Positions 11,446-24,700 of a stretch of DNA of 64,000 bases are shown in pieces. The stretch spans positions 248,001 to 312,000 of the forward strand of contig NW_027191411.1 in assembly GCF_041146345.1 (NCBI RefSeq), in the 5' to 3' direction. The first letter of the stretch is position 1; every line of letters begins with the position of its first letter. Origin of the DNA: Neodothiora populina. Its lineage: Eukaryota. The position numbers and the translations under genes were made by a program. The notes beneath the pieces were generated by a model. The model saw only the letters and a list, made by a program, of their open reading frames with translations. It was not told the origin of the DNA and did no database searches.

Positions 11446-14045
11446 GCAGATGGTGCAGGGTGGATACAGACAAAAGCTCTGGTGCTGTGTTCAGCACGAT
11501 CTGATCTGAGCTCACCAACACACACCCTACCTGTACCGGGTCCATTGAGCCTCACGTTTACCATGACGCATACACGCGGAACTTTCGGGGCGCCATCGGC
11601 CACGCTTTCAGGTCACCCCATCCCTAAGAAAACGTCTCCTGAGCAGTCGAGCCTGGGTGAATTCTGCGCCATTGCTCTCGGTCCCAATACGGACCCTTTG
11701 CCAGAGAGAGTAAGACGACTTCCATGATCCTACGAGATGGTGCGAATATGCATTGTACCTACTACAGACGTACGAGGTGGCAAGTTATTACAGGAAGAAC
11801 ATCTGTGACGAGTGTAGCTTTTCTGCGAGTTGGGGGCAAGCGGAGCTAAAACGGACATAACAGCTTCTACCTAACCTTGAGTTTATTTGTACTTGATTTT
11901 GCTGCGTGCTGTAAAACACCTGTATCGAAACGGGGGATCTATCCTTTTCCTTCTCCCTGGAGCCCCGTACAGCAATTGACAACAAAGCGAGCTCGCTCGG
12001 CTCATGACTCCTTGGCACTAGCTACAGAGCTAGATCTATATCCGCGACATATCTCTTATCTGCCGCACTACCCTGATCTGCTGCTGCTCTATGTCGACTA
12101 CAGTGCATGTACACTGTATCTGCCAAGCAAGGTAGCCATAGTGGCAATAATCCGAAACATGGGATTATACATCCTCAGGCTGCATCAGTCGTTCGGTCAG
12201 GCGTTGTGTTCTTTTAAAAAAATCTGATCTCTGCTGATGCCTGCCGGGACAAGTCGTGTTGTAGAGCCGACCGACCCAATGAAACGTGAACCCGAAGGAG
12301 AACCACCATACCGCTGATTGCTTTCATTGCCGAGACGGCCCGAGGCAGTGACACGTTACGCCGAAGCTTGCGTGCTTAGTCGGGTTGGCTGATGAACAAG
12401 CAATCCAAGGAGACACACCACACGCAGAGCATTGTACTCGTACAGATAGGGCAGTGTTGGCATGGCATGGCGTGCGTGGCATGTCTCTTTTCCCCCTCAC
12501 CTGGAGTGATCTATCAATCTATTTGCTCTCACACACGTGACTCGTGGGCAGACGCTAGCGACGAATTTATACATATCCTACACAGGGGACCGATCTAGAA
12601 TCAGATTTGGTCAAAGCATTTTCTCGATTCCTTGCCTAAATGACCCGAAAATACATCACAATACCGTAATCTTACGGTAACCAAGATCATTAAATTGTGT
12701 TTGCCGACCTGACATGACTGCAGCAAAGGTAAAAGCTGTGTACAGGTACTGTACGGTACAGTACTACAGTACGTGTGTCGGGTGTCAAAGCACTGTTGTC
12801 ACAAATAGCTTGTTTTGAGGGTGGCTTCATCCCACTAAAGTCGGCATCGGCTGCGTCCGATGATGGGCTGATGCGAAAAACTGGTCCACCTACAAAGGGT
12901 CTAGAGCTGACATGGTGCAACAGCAAAGGGGGCTGATCACTGACAATCGCGAGAATCGCCAGTCCAGATTGACGAAGCAGAGTGGACCATTTCCCTCTCC
13001 TCTGGCCAGGGGAAAAAAGAAAGAAAAAAGTTGACATATCGTACCTCGTTTTGATGTTCGCGCGAGAGTTTTTTGGCAAGCTATCCCGAGCGATGAGCTC
13101 CTCCCACCTACAGCACCTACTGTGGTTTCGTGCTTCGCGGTACAAGTATTATCTTATCGATCTACAGATCGCGGCGCCACCACTTTATAAAGTCTGTCCC
13201 AGCTCACGTACGAACAAACCCAGGAACGCCGTCGAGCAGACGACACGCGAGACGAGACAAGCTACAGTTCTCTTCGACTCGTCATGAACATCATTGTAGC
13301 ACTCGGAAGTTGCCAAACAGAGTTACGGTGCGAGCCTTTGGTGCCACTACGGTGCAAGTGGAGGTCGTATTGCAAGGTGCCCAGTAGATTTAAGGTTCTT
13401 CGACAACTCTAACCCTACCGTAACCTCCCGGTGAGATTGCCTCTTGATTTCCGAATCGGATAGCGAAAAGTCGAACCACTTCACTCGATACTATCGGAAG
13501 CTTGCAGTTACCGTTGTAGCCCTCCGGTGATGTATTGTTTTTTATAGGCAGCCTGTATCGCTGCTTAGCGGTGTTGCGTGGGTACGGCGCTTTTGCAGAT
13601 GGTGAATCTGCACACTTGATGCCAACGCATCTTCTACGACGAATTTATATGGTAGGTCAATCACACATCAGGTAAGAACGAGATTGAAGAGTGCGCACAA
13701 AAAGTATATTCCACTTCTATCAACTTTGCTATCATGAACGAAAAAAGTCAACATCAGTCAGTTCTTCCATACCTGCTCTTCTCTCCTCTGCTATTTTTTT
13801 TTTCTGATCGGCCGGGCCAAGGTCACGATCCAAGTGAATGGACGACTTTCGTCTAATACTCAAAAATCAACAATTGTCCTGACTTATAACAGATCCTCAC
13901 TTCGCTCGGTCGCCAAACAGTCGGCAGATGTGGCTAAGTCGTAGTACATCCCCTGTCATTGCAGTCGTTCTCGGTCATTGTGCTACAAGAAGCCGTCGTG
14001 TCGCGGTCGTCCAAACGAAGATGGAACACTCAGACTGGGACTCGT

Positions 14046-14885
14046 TTAACCGGTGTAGGTGACGGCAACGCTGTTGCTACCCTCGATAGTGGTAGCGGCG
14101 ACAACCGAGGTACCCTCCTCGTTGATCATGTCGATGACGGTAGCACCAGAAAGACCAACAGTGCCACCAGAGGTGGTGGCGTAGGCGTCAGTGAAGGTAA
14201 CAGTGCCGAAATCAACAAGGGGGACAAGGGACTCTGAGCCACCGGAGATCTCAGTGAAGTCCTCAACGATCCACTCAGCATTGGTCTCGCAAAGTGCATC
14301 ACTCTCGCCGGAGAAGGTGTGGGAAACCTTCGTGCCCTTGCTCAAGTTCTCAACAGTGGCAACACCGGCTCTCGTGGAGGTGGCATCAATGCTGACTCTG
14401 ACTTTGTCGCCGACAGAGAAGCCGATACCACTGAAATCGTAGCTGTAGTCGGGGTACCACTCGTACCAGGCATCGAAGCTGACTTGGCCATTCTCGTTGT
14501 TGAAGTCAACACCGGTCTGGAGGATGGCAGTCTCACAAGTGTCACCATCGATACCAACCCAGGCGGAGGCAGAGTGTAGTCCGCCGCTGCTAGAACCGAA
14601 AGGAAGGGATGGGTCAGGGATGGTGAATTCACCGCTGACACCCTTGTAGCCGGAGCCAATGAGTACAGCACCTGCCCAGTTGGTACTGTAATCGGCCTGC
14701 AAGTCCTTGGGGCCCTCAACCTGACCAGTGAAGTTGGCGGGGATCATGGGCTTGGAGGAGCGGACGCCGGAAGCGCGCTTGGCGATCTTCTCGGCATTGC
14801 GGGCACGGCGGGCAGCGGTGCCAGGAGCAGCCAAGACGGCGCTGGCAGAGAGGACTGCGGTGGCGAGAACGGCGGAGAACTTCAT
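14046..14885 (-). CDS. Secreted glutamic peptidase, family G1 (aspergillopepsin-2 / eqolisin type)
   Basis: Signal peptide MKFSAVLATAVLSASAVLA. Motifs STNWAGAV, SAWVGIDGD, AILQTGVDF (catalytic Gln), YEWYPD and NAEWIVEDF (catalytic Glu). Confidence 0.93.
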   Translation of the reverse strand: MKFSAVLATAVLSASAVLAAPGTAARRARNAEKIAKRASGVRSSKPMIPANFTGQVEGPKDLQADYSTNWAGAVLIGSGYKGVSGEFTIPDPSLPFGSSSGGLHSASAWVGIDGDTCETAILQTGVDFNNENGQVSFDAWYEWYPDYSYDFSGIGFSVGDKVRVSIDATSTRAGVATVENLSKGTKVSHTFSGESDALCETNAEWIVEDFTEISGGSESLVPLVDFGTVTFTDAYATTSGGTVGLSGATVIDMINEEGTSVVAATTIEGSNSVAVTYTG

Positions 14886-17800
14886 CTTGAATGAACGAAG
14901 AAGGCTGACTGAATCAGGATAGTGAAGAGCGAGAGAGTCTTGAGGTTGTCGAAGCGATTGAAGCCTGTGGATGAGGATGAGAAAGAAAACAGACAACAGG
15001 CCAGGATGTCTGCCTGTTTTTATAGCCAGACTTCATGGCTATCACGCAGGCGATATGCGAGATGCAAACCTCGGTTCGAGTTGAGCACATTCTAGGTTGC
15101 TCAAACGAAAGATACGAGGGTAGCTCACTGTATGGCAATCAATATAGTGGAAATGCTATAAAGATTCTCATATGTGCTGCAGAGTACGGGTTCCGCAGTC
15201 TGTATAGGTGTTAATCAAAAGAGGCTCCGAGATCCACAAAGCAAACGCTAGATGCATGGGTAGTCGACAGCACTGTAAGGACATGCCCTGCTGCGCCACT
15301 GGTTGCGAGAAAACGATAGGTTCATGCTTTTGTGATAGAATTTCGTCGAAATGAAGTTTAATTTGCGTTGTGACATGGATAATGCGGAAATCTTGCAAGA
15401 CCGACTCGTGGAGTGGTTCCGGTAAAACTGTTAGCAGGAAAAAGGGAACCATGTCAAAGGTTGAACTTCTACGCTCTTTCGCTGCATTTCGAAGCTAGAC
15501 TAGTGTCTCTCTCACATAGTCCTGCATGCGCCGTACCTGATCAAATCGCGAGAATTGCATGCATGAGACTGCTGGTTCGGCTCAAGCACGACAGTAAGAA
15601 GTAGCCTCTGAAAAGGCAGCACATATGCATCGAAGAACATGCTAACAGCGCCGGCACCCAACACGATATCTAACCGACCGCTGATCACCTCATATCATTG
15701 AAAGAACTGTCTAGCAGCGCTGACGATCACGTTTCGATTTTAGTTCTGTTGAATATGAGATATAGCAAGGGAGGAGGTTTATGGCGAAGCATCGATAGCC
15801 AATACTGGTCGATGTTTGTAAACTAGGTTAGTCTCGGCTTAGATTCAGGGCCCCAGACTCTAGATAAGCCTTCGATAAGCTTCGCACGCATATCCAAGTG
15901 CTTGTTTGTCCCTTGACTTTCACACTTGCTATAATAGCTACATCTATGATACGCCGCTGATCGAAGTGGCTCGGTGCCTCCCGCCATCACGATTTGTACA
16001 GTATGTGGTATCTGATGGACCTTCCGAGTACGGGAATTTTAACAGCGAATGATGCGAGTTTGTCGACAATGTCGCGAGACTCCGTTATTATAGATTGCGT
16101 GCAGATGATAAGAGCCTCGTCACCACAAGAGTGACAAGAACAGGCAGGTGAATGGCCGGGCATAATGGCAGCTCAACGATGGTGGCCAGTGTTCGATGAT
16201 AGTGCCCTCCGAACGACTCGTGCACCCATATAAATTGCTGATAAGGACAGAGTGGGGTACACTGCAACCACTTGACGGGCCGCACATACCGTCCCGAACA
16301 TGCACCTCATCATGCTTAAAACTTGACCTGGGAATGAGCGCGGTCAATGCATGGGAAAATCCACGGGCAATCTAGGCGAGTTGCTTTTTGACGACACCTG
16401 ACGTAGCGAGAACTTGCAGTGAAGATCATCGAGGATACGCCAACTACATTTGTAAGGTGGTATGGCTTAGGGGCTTGCACGGAGGGCATTGACGGCAGTA
16501 CACGCATACATACCATGCGATGTACTCAGACGTGAGGCGAGATCTGTTCTGAGTATGGCGATTCCCATGAATGAACTTCATTTACCTTGCGGAGCTGATG
16601 TATAGCAATCACCGGAATGATCGCTACGCCATTCTAGCTACTTTATTACAGCTCAATCATACTCACCATTCGCTAGCACTAGGTCATGCGGACAACTCTC
16701 GAAAGTGCTTGGATACAATTGCTTCGACGAAGCGTCTCGGAGCCGTCATCATCAAACGTGGCTCTAATCGGAGACCTGCCAAAGTCGAACACTCGCGTGC
16801 CCTTTGGTACAGTTTGACGTCTTTCTGCTTGCGAGCACATCGCTCATCTGTTGCGAAAATACGGCAAGATTGACAGTGGTCGAGACCTGATCAGCACATT
16901 ACCGTCCCTGATCTGACAGGATGTAACGTGTCTCATCGAGTCTTTAAGACATACATGATGCTTCTACGCTTCACGGTCAATTTTCTGATGGGCTAAGAGA
17001 GATGGGGCGGACCGGATCTCTACCAGGGGTGATCTTCACCGCATCTGCGATGTCCTAGAGAGACGTGGTGACAACGTGTTGTCAGCTCACGCTCAATTTT
17101 GTTTACCAGGCTTGGTAGAAATATATGGTATTTCCATGCAACTGAGTCGAATTTTAGTGGCCTCGTAGTCTTCCTATCTTGCTGTAGCGGGAGTTAAAAA
17201 CAGGCGGATTGATATTGCTCGAACGAACCCAAATCACTGTACAAGTGAGTTGCAGTCTAGACGGCCCGAACCGGATCCGCCGGGTGTTCCGCGAGGTTCT
17301 TTCTCGCGGTACTCGTACGTCTACCGGCTGGTTTGTCTGAGAGATATATGTTTAGTGTGGGAATGTTGAATGTTCGTACGTGATGATACCTAGCTGAGCA
17401 AAGTCATCCACGCAACAAGTATGTGTGGTCATGAAGTCTGTTGGTCAATACTTGTAGATGCGTCGTGCCCTGTTCACCACACAAGGTACAGTTCACAAGC
17501 GAAGCTCTGCCCTGAAAGTTTGTCATTGGTTCAGTTACGATTACCGCGCGACTGGCTGGCTGTTTCAAATCCATGCAGTTAATCATGGATTATGCCCGCG
17601 AGCAATGCTAGGTACAAGTACTTGTTGCTGGATATCACATATCGCTGAGAATGCCTGTGGTACATGTGAATGCTTGAACATATCGCATTGTCGCAATTCG
17701 ATAAGATAGCATCTTTAGACGGCATTGATCGTCTTCGAGTCGAAAGATCCAAGGTATCACATAGATCCGTTACAACAATACTGTAGGTCATTCTTCATCA

Positions 17801-18777
17801 ATACCTGGAGGTTCAGGTGTTGGAATGTTAATCGTGGGCCTGTGCTTCAAGCGAGTTCGTTTTGCACTTGTAGGCTGAAGCTCAGGCCCATGGTTCAGCC
17901 CTGTTTACAGAGCTTTGGAACAGTGGCTCGAGTCTCAGTGAGGAGCAAGAAGTCGCGCCGCTGTTGCTGTAGACAATTAGGGGAGTAATGGAGTGATGAA
18001 GCGTCGTGCACTGCATCTTGACTGAAGATTGTATACATGTCCCTGTTCTAGCGTCAGGGAACCCTTGACTTATGTTGTGAAGCAGAGTATCCCATTGGAT
18101 ACCTGATACAAAGGGACGCAATCAGTATGTGTGGCGCAGCATTGAAATGTGGCCTCCATATTTTGCTCTACAAGCAAGTAGGGGTCGGCTAAGGCGAAGG
18201 GTGTAGTGTTACTAGCCACAGGACTTTGCGCCTGAGTGAATATTTTATGGTCATCTCTCCAGAAGACGGGCTTTTGTTTTGGGATGATAATGATCAGTGC
18301 CGGCGCACAGTGTACATGTCTCTTAGTAGATCTAGATTTAGATGAATCATTGCGACAGCAATCTTCGACTGTCCACCTTATGGTATCGACACTCCAAGTC
18401 CGCACATCTGTAGCGTGAAACGTCCCTCTTTCTCCGCGTTCCTGTGACAGTGCTTGGAGACACTTTAGACGATACGAGCGCCGACATAAGCAAAAGCATA
18501 AGCTGAGAAAGGGCTGCAGCTTCGCAGCGTACGCTCTGACGGCAGAGGATAGCAGGGGTTATTTGCGCCCGAGTCAAGGACTTCCAGTTAATGTGACAGG
18601 AGTCAATTCACAGAAGAAAGAGTTGGCGAGGCAGGAGCAAGGAAACCGACAGCGCGACTGCTTAAGGAGGGAGCCGAGTGTGAAAGCGTCTCTGCACGTT
18701 TGCTACTCGGTATATACCCACAGTATGATCTGATCTCTGGACGGCGAATGTATTGATCGAGACGAGCATCTCTTGAG

Positions 18778-21700
18778 ATGCCGCCCAGTCGTCACAGGGC
18801 CGGATCGTCCGCATCAGAAGCTGCTGAGAACACTCGACACGCGTCCGCCCCATCACCTCTTTTGAGAGGACAGAACTATTCGCATTCACACAACCTCACT
18901 GTTCCCTCGAACGGCCTCGTGCTACAAGACGTCCCCACTTACGGCGAGTCGAGAGAGCTTTTGCGCCCTTCGGCCATCTCTCAGTCTCCCTATCCTCAGT
19001 CTGGAGGCAGCACATCTTCGCCCTACACGAGTCCACGGAGTCGCGCCAACACATTTACGGACGGCAACATTGCGGCGCAACAGCAGCAACATCAACAACA
19101 CCAGCAAGATAGTTTTGGTCGAAGGGGAACTCCATCGACACCGTCAGCTTTCATGGCCCCACAATATCCCAATTCAGGCCAGCGGCATGTTTCTGCCACT
19201 GCTGCCGAACAGGCTGCCAGATCAGGATATATGCCTCCTCCGCCGCCACCCATGACGAACCCAAATGCCCAAGGAATGCCATTCCCACCACCTCCACCGC
19301 GCCCGGCCACCGGCCTGTCGCAATCGCATGGCATGATGGTGCCTCCCCCGCCCGGCTCAAATCAGTGGCAAAACTGGCCCAGACAGGGAAACCACTACTC
19401 TCCCGTTCCTGCCTCTAGAGAGCCAAGATCATATGACCCAACTGTATACCAACAATACATGAATATGCCACCGCCTCCTGCCGACAACCAACCCTTGACG
19501 TCTGCTACTTATATCCCTGGCGGTGACACCTTTGGCCCTGGTGTCGGCATTCCTGCGTTCCAGTCATCACAGAACGGGTCAAAAAGCACTCCTCCACAGC
19601 TGCCTCCGGCTTACATGCGCAACAATGGGCAGCAAGAATTTGCCCCAAATGCGCAAGGCTATCCTTATGGTTACGATGGTGCCGTCCAATCGACCGAGGA
19701 CAATAGATACTATGGTCAATACCACCAGCCGCTGCCACCCCCGCCACCGCCTTTCCAGTCTCAGACCCAATATTACCCATCTCACACGCAGTTGCAGGGT
19801 CCACCGAGCTACAATACACAGTCGAATGCGTCTCCGACCCCTTCATCTGGCTCTCGGAATCAAGTGTTCGTTCTGCCTGCGAGCGAGAGGCAGGAGCACA
19901 ACTCGCCCGCGCCCCACCTTCAAACGTTTGCCGATGCTCAGATGTATGCGAATCAACAGCAGCAACAACAGCAATTACAGCAGAATCAGCAATCGCAGCA
20001 GCAACAGCAACAACAAGCACAGCAGCAACAGCAACAACCACCGCCTCAACTGCAACCAGTGCAACCGCAGTCGCAACAGCATCAGCAGCAGTATCACATG
20101 CAGAATAACCAGCAGCAGCAGCAAATCCAACAGCATCGGGAACATCGAGAACATCGTAATCACAACAGTCCCAATGAAGCACCGAGCTCTCCCATGGACT
20201 CACAGTGGACCTTGAGCATTGTTCTTGACTGGCTGGCTCACGAAGGGTTTTCGGAAGCTTGGCAGAATACCTTCAAGCGTCTCAATATGCATGGCACGCG
20301 CTTCCTAGATCTAGGTCGACCAGGCGCAAAGAAGAACTCCTTGGTCCATGAAACCATCCTCCCGGAGGTTGTCAAAGAGGGCGGAGTCACGAACGAGAGC
20401 CACGAGAAGGCGGAATCGCGCAGGCTTCGTAGGCTCGTCAAGGAGATTGTTCTCACAGGCTTTCCGGCTTCCGCGACTGCCACTCTTCGGCCAAACAGAA
20501 GGAAATCAGAGCAATTCCTACAAAGTGCAGGCACTGACGGCGGAGTCGAAACTTCACCCAACATGACCCGCCAAGAGCTTGTATATGGAGCTACTCCAAC
20601 TACTGCTGGGGGCGGTGAAGACAGCCCTGGCGCTCTTGGACGGCTGATGCCCTTTGGCAATGATCACAGCGTTGCAAGTCTTGCTCAACGAAGATACTCG
20701 GGGCAGCGACGATCGCTGACGCTGGATTCCCTCAGCACTCTGGCCAAGGCTCAGGAAGTGACTGAAAATGCACGGAGTGCATACTCCCGCGCCGTTCTAG
20801 GCGACACAGATGCACCTGGCAGACACAGTCCCAGTGTCTCCACCGAGATCACTGCAAGCGCGGTCATGGCAAACAGTCTTCCTAAAGGATACGAAGGCAG
20901 TCCTCAGCACAGCCCCGCCTTGCCGAGCGCCCGCCCTGCGAACTCATCGTCTCAACCTCCGAGTCGCACTCCTCACAACAGAAACAGTAGCTCCGAAAAC
21001 CTCTTCATGGTACCAATACATGGCCACAGGACAAGCGTTTACAGCAACGTCAGTAGTGATACGAACTACTCCAAGGGTGCGCCTCAAGATAGGAGGAACA
21101 ACTCGAGGCCACCTTTTCCCGAAAGCCGCAACAGTGACCAATCCCTTACTGCCCCAACAACCACACCCGCCAGCGCAACTCCAGCGAGCGCAAGGGAACA
21201 CAAAGGACTATTCTCGCGTTTGCGTGGCCATGCTCGGCGGGACAGACATCAATCGCCAGACGGTCACGCCGCAGATTCGCCAACCAGTCCTGCTAATCAC
21301 CGCGGTGGATTGTTCAACAGCGCTCTGAACGCAAGCGATACGTCGCTCGAGCGACCCGCGTCTTTCAGACACTCGCACACGCCGCACTCATCGGATATGG
21401 ATCAGAGCTATACCGCTTCCTCAGAGCGGACACTTGTACCAGAATCGGATAGGGTCGTTACTGCGACTGTGCCAGAGAGAGGAAGATCTGCTACTCGGAA
21501 GGGCGATCGCAAGTTCGTCTTTGTCACCCCTGACTGTTGGAACTGGCGCCTGATCGATATCACGGATGTGGAGAATGCAAGCGAAATGCGCGCGCTGATC
21601 TGCCATAATCTTGGCATCCCTGAAACATCTGATATGGAAATTCACAAAACTGAAGCCGGTCAGCTGGAACACAACGAGCCACTGGACGATAGTCTCATCA

Positions 21701-24700
21701 TGGCCGGACACAAGCACATTGCCAACGCAGTCGGAACGTTCAAACTTTATGTTCGTTCTCCGGCCACGGACGCCATGCGGAAAGAATCGCTTGCTGCAGG
21801 GTTCCCTGTATCACCATTTGGTACGGGATCCATGTCTTTGCAGAGGCCGTTCCAGGAAGCTACTGCTCAAACACCATTGACCTCCTCGCAACGTGAACAC
21901 TCACGCGATCAAGCGACACCAGAACCACCAAGTGCCACTCCACGACCAATAAACAAAAGGCCATCACAGAACATGCTCAAAGAGGCGACATCTATTGACG
22001 AGCCGTCGTCGGCTGATCTGAGCTCTTTGCCCGAGTCAGAACAGATGGCAATCATCGAGAGGCATCGGCAAGACGTGAAGCGTAAACAGGAAGCCTACTT
22101 GGCGGGCAGACAGCAGAAAATCCGTCAAGAGAGCTCTCGCGATCGAGGTGATTACTCTTTCAGAGGTGGAAGAGTCATTGACTTTGATCAGCCCCGCAAT
22201 TCCCCATACGATGATGAGCCGATCGCTCCAGTCGACCTGCGTGCACCAGTGTCGCAAGCGATAGGTGCCGAGTCGATCGTGCCTTTGCGTAAACCTCCTC
22301 CAGTCCCACCACAAGTAACGAGTACTTTGCTCAAAGCAAATTCTTTGAGCAAGAGGAGTAAAGATCCCCCACGTACCAGCTGGGAGATAAGAAAGGAAGA
22401 CTCCTGGAAGCGTGACTCCATACCTGAGGTTGTTGATTCGTCAAAGCGTAAAAATCCTCCAGCAATGGTCACCGGAATTGGTGCAGCTCTCGTTGGGGCT
22501 GGCAGAATGGGCAGTCTGGTCGGACAACCACCGCCTGCATTATCGACGCCTACCTCGGGTTCAGGCATTGCCGCAAAATTCGGTTCTCTCTCTTCCCAAA
22601 CCACCAGCCCTGTACCACAGCGAGCATTGGCAAGTGTTGGATTCGGAGCCAACGGCAATGGTCAATCAAGTCCAGGTAATGAGGGTTCTCCCCGTAGCCC
22701 ATTCACCATGTCGAAGGGCAATATCCCGTTCAAGGTCCCGGCTTATGACGAAATCGCAGATGCTCCTTCAGATGTCAACCTCCCCGAAAGACCCAACCTT
22801 ACCTTGCAGATGCCTACCCCTGATCATCGCGATCTCGCCAGAGCAAGAGCTGGTGAGGAGATGCGCTCTAAGAGTCCGAACATTAGTCCCAATAGCGAAC
22901 GTCCTACCACTGCACTAAGTCGGATGAGCAGTCGCCGCAGTAATAAGATGATTTTCGACCTTCCCCACGACGATGTCACCTTCACAACCTCATCAGTAAT
23001 TCCTCTAGAAGAAGACGAGGACGACGATTCGGACGATGGACTGTTTGCGGTTCCGTTGGCGAATAAGAAGACGAGATCCCCAGCGAAGTCTGCGGAGCCT
23101 GCATCATCACAGCCTGCTTCTTCGCCCGCTGCTGCCGTTCAGACTTCTCTCAAATCGAAATCTTCGAGGCAGAATGTGAAATTTGATTCCACTGACAATG
23201 ACCCCCCGCCAAAGATGTCAGCCAACTCTACACCTTGGTCGTCGGATCTTCCTGATCCCGAATCTCCCGAGGATCCCCGACTCGATAGACGTGAGAGCTT
23301 TGCGAGTGATCTGTGGGCCAATCGTCCACCACCAGAGGCTCTCGTCGAGCATCTCGATGACTTCTTCCCGAATGTCGACCTTGATCAGACATTTGTTGAG
23401 GAGGATGAGAACCAAGAGAGTGGTGCGACAAGTCCACTGTCAGGTCAATCTAGAACTCCGCTCGATGCCAAAGCTCCAGCTGCAGAGCTTAGTGGCGATC
23501 GCAGTGTGACGCCTCTATCGAGTGCAGACGAGGGCGACACATTGGGAAGCGATGAATCAACACTTAAACGTGGCGATACCATGAAATCTGTTGCTCATCG
23601 CAATATGAGGAAGTCCGGTGCCCTCGGCCGGACAAAGAGCATCCGTGAAGTGGTCAAAGGTGCTTACCAGATGCCTCACCCATCGCCTAACGTATCCGTC
23701 TCATCGTACAGCTCGAGCAGAGGGCCGAGTGGACCGCAGCATCAACCACCACCGCCGCCATTGCTCAATCGCATCAGCACGTTGAAATACACTGGCGGCG
23801 ACATTGTTCGTCGCAAGAGTACCAAAATGTTCGGTGCCAGGATTGAGCAGATCAAGCCACAGAATCTGCGCACAAGCAAACTCATTCAGTTGGAAACCAT
23901 CCCTCAGGACATGGTGTCAGCACAGCAGCATCAGCAACAGCGACAGCAGCCTCAGAGACAGCCCACATTCAAATGGATGAAAGGTCAACTCATTGGCAAG
24001 GGCACATTTGGTCGCGTGTACTTGGGTATGAACACGACTACTGGCGAGCTTCTGGCTGTCAAGCAAGTCGAGGTCAACCCAAAACACTCTGGTGCCGACC
24101 CAGGCAAAGTCCGAGAGATGGTCAAGGCTCTCGATCAAGAAATTGACACCATGCAACATCTGGATCATGTCAACATTGTTCAGTACTTGGGTTGCGAAAA
24201 GAAGGAGCATTCGATTTCCATTTTTATGGAATATATTTCCGGTGGCAGCATTGGAAGCTGTCTACGTAAGCACGGACGCTTCGAAGAGTCAGTTGTGAGC
24301 AGTCTTACGCGCCAAACTCTCGGCGGTCTGGCATATCTACACAGCGAGGGCATTCTCCACCGCGATCTCAAGGCTGACAACATTTTACTCGACCTTGACG
24401 GCACTTGTAAAATCTCCGATTTTGGTATCTCAAAGAAGAGCAGGAACCCTTACAACAACGATATCACCAACAGCATGCAAGGCTCCGTTTTCTGGATGGC
24501 TCCCGAAGTCATTCGCGCTCAATCACAAGCTAGTTCGAACGGTACCGATGACCCAAGTAATCAAGGCTACTCAGCCAAGGTAGACATCTGGTCGTTAGGT
24601 TGCGTGGTGCTGGAGATGTTCGCTGGACGTCGTCCCTGGAGCAAAGAGGAAGCGATCGGTGCCATCTATAAACTCGGCTCTCTCAATCAAGCACCGCCGA

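Noticed and set aside
13408..13425. CTAACCCTACC as a telomerase RNA template or telomeric seed
   Set aside because: It does not complete the TAACCCTAA template, and no supporting structure is visible.
11326..14045. TPP riboswitch upstream of the TPP-dependent PDC
   Set aside because: No aptamer core (CTGAGA...TGAT...GATAAT...CGNAAG arrangement) was found by eye.
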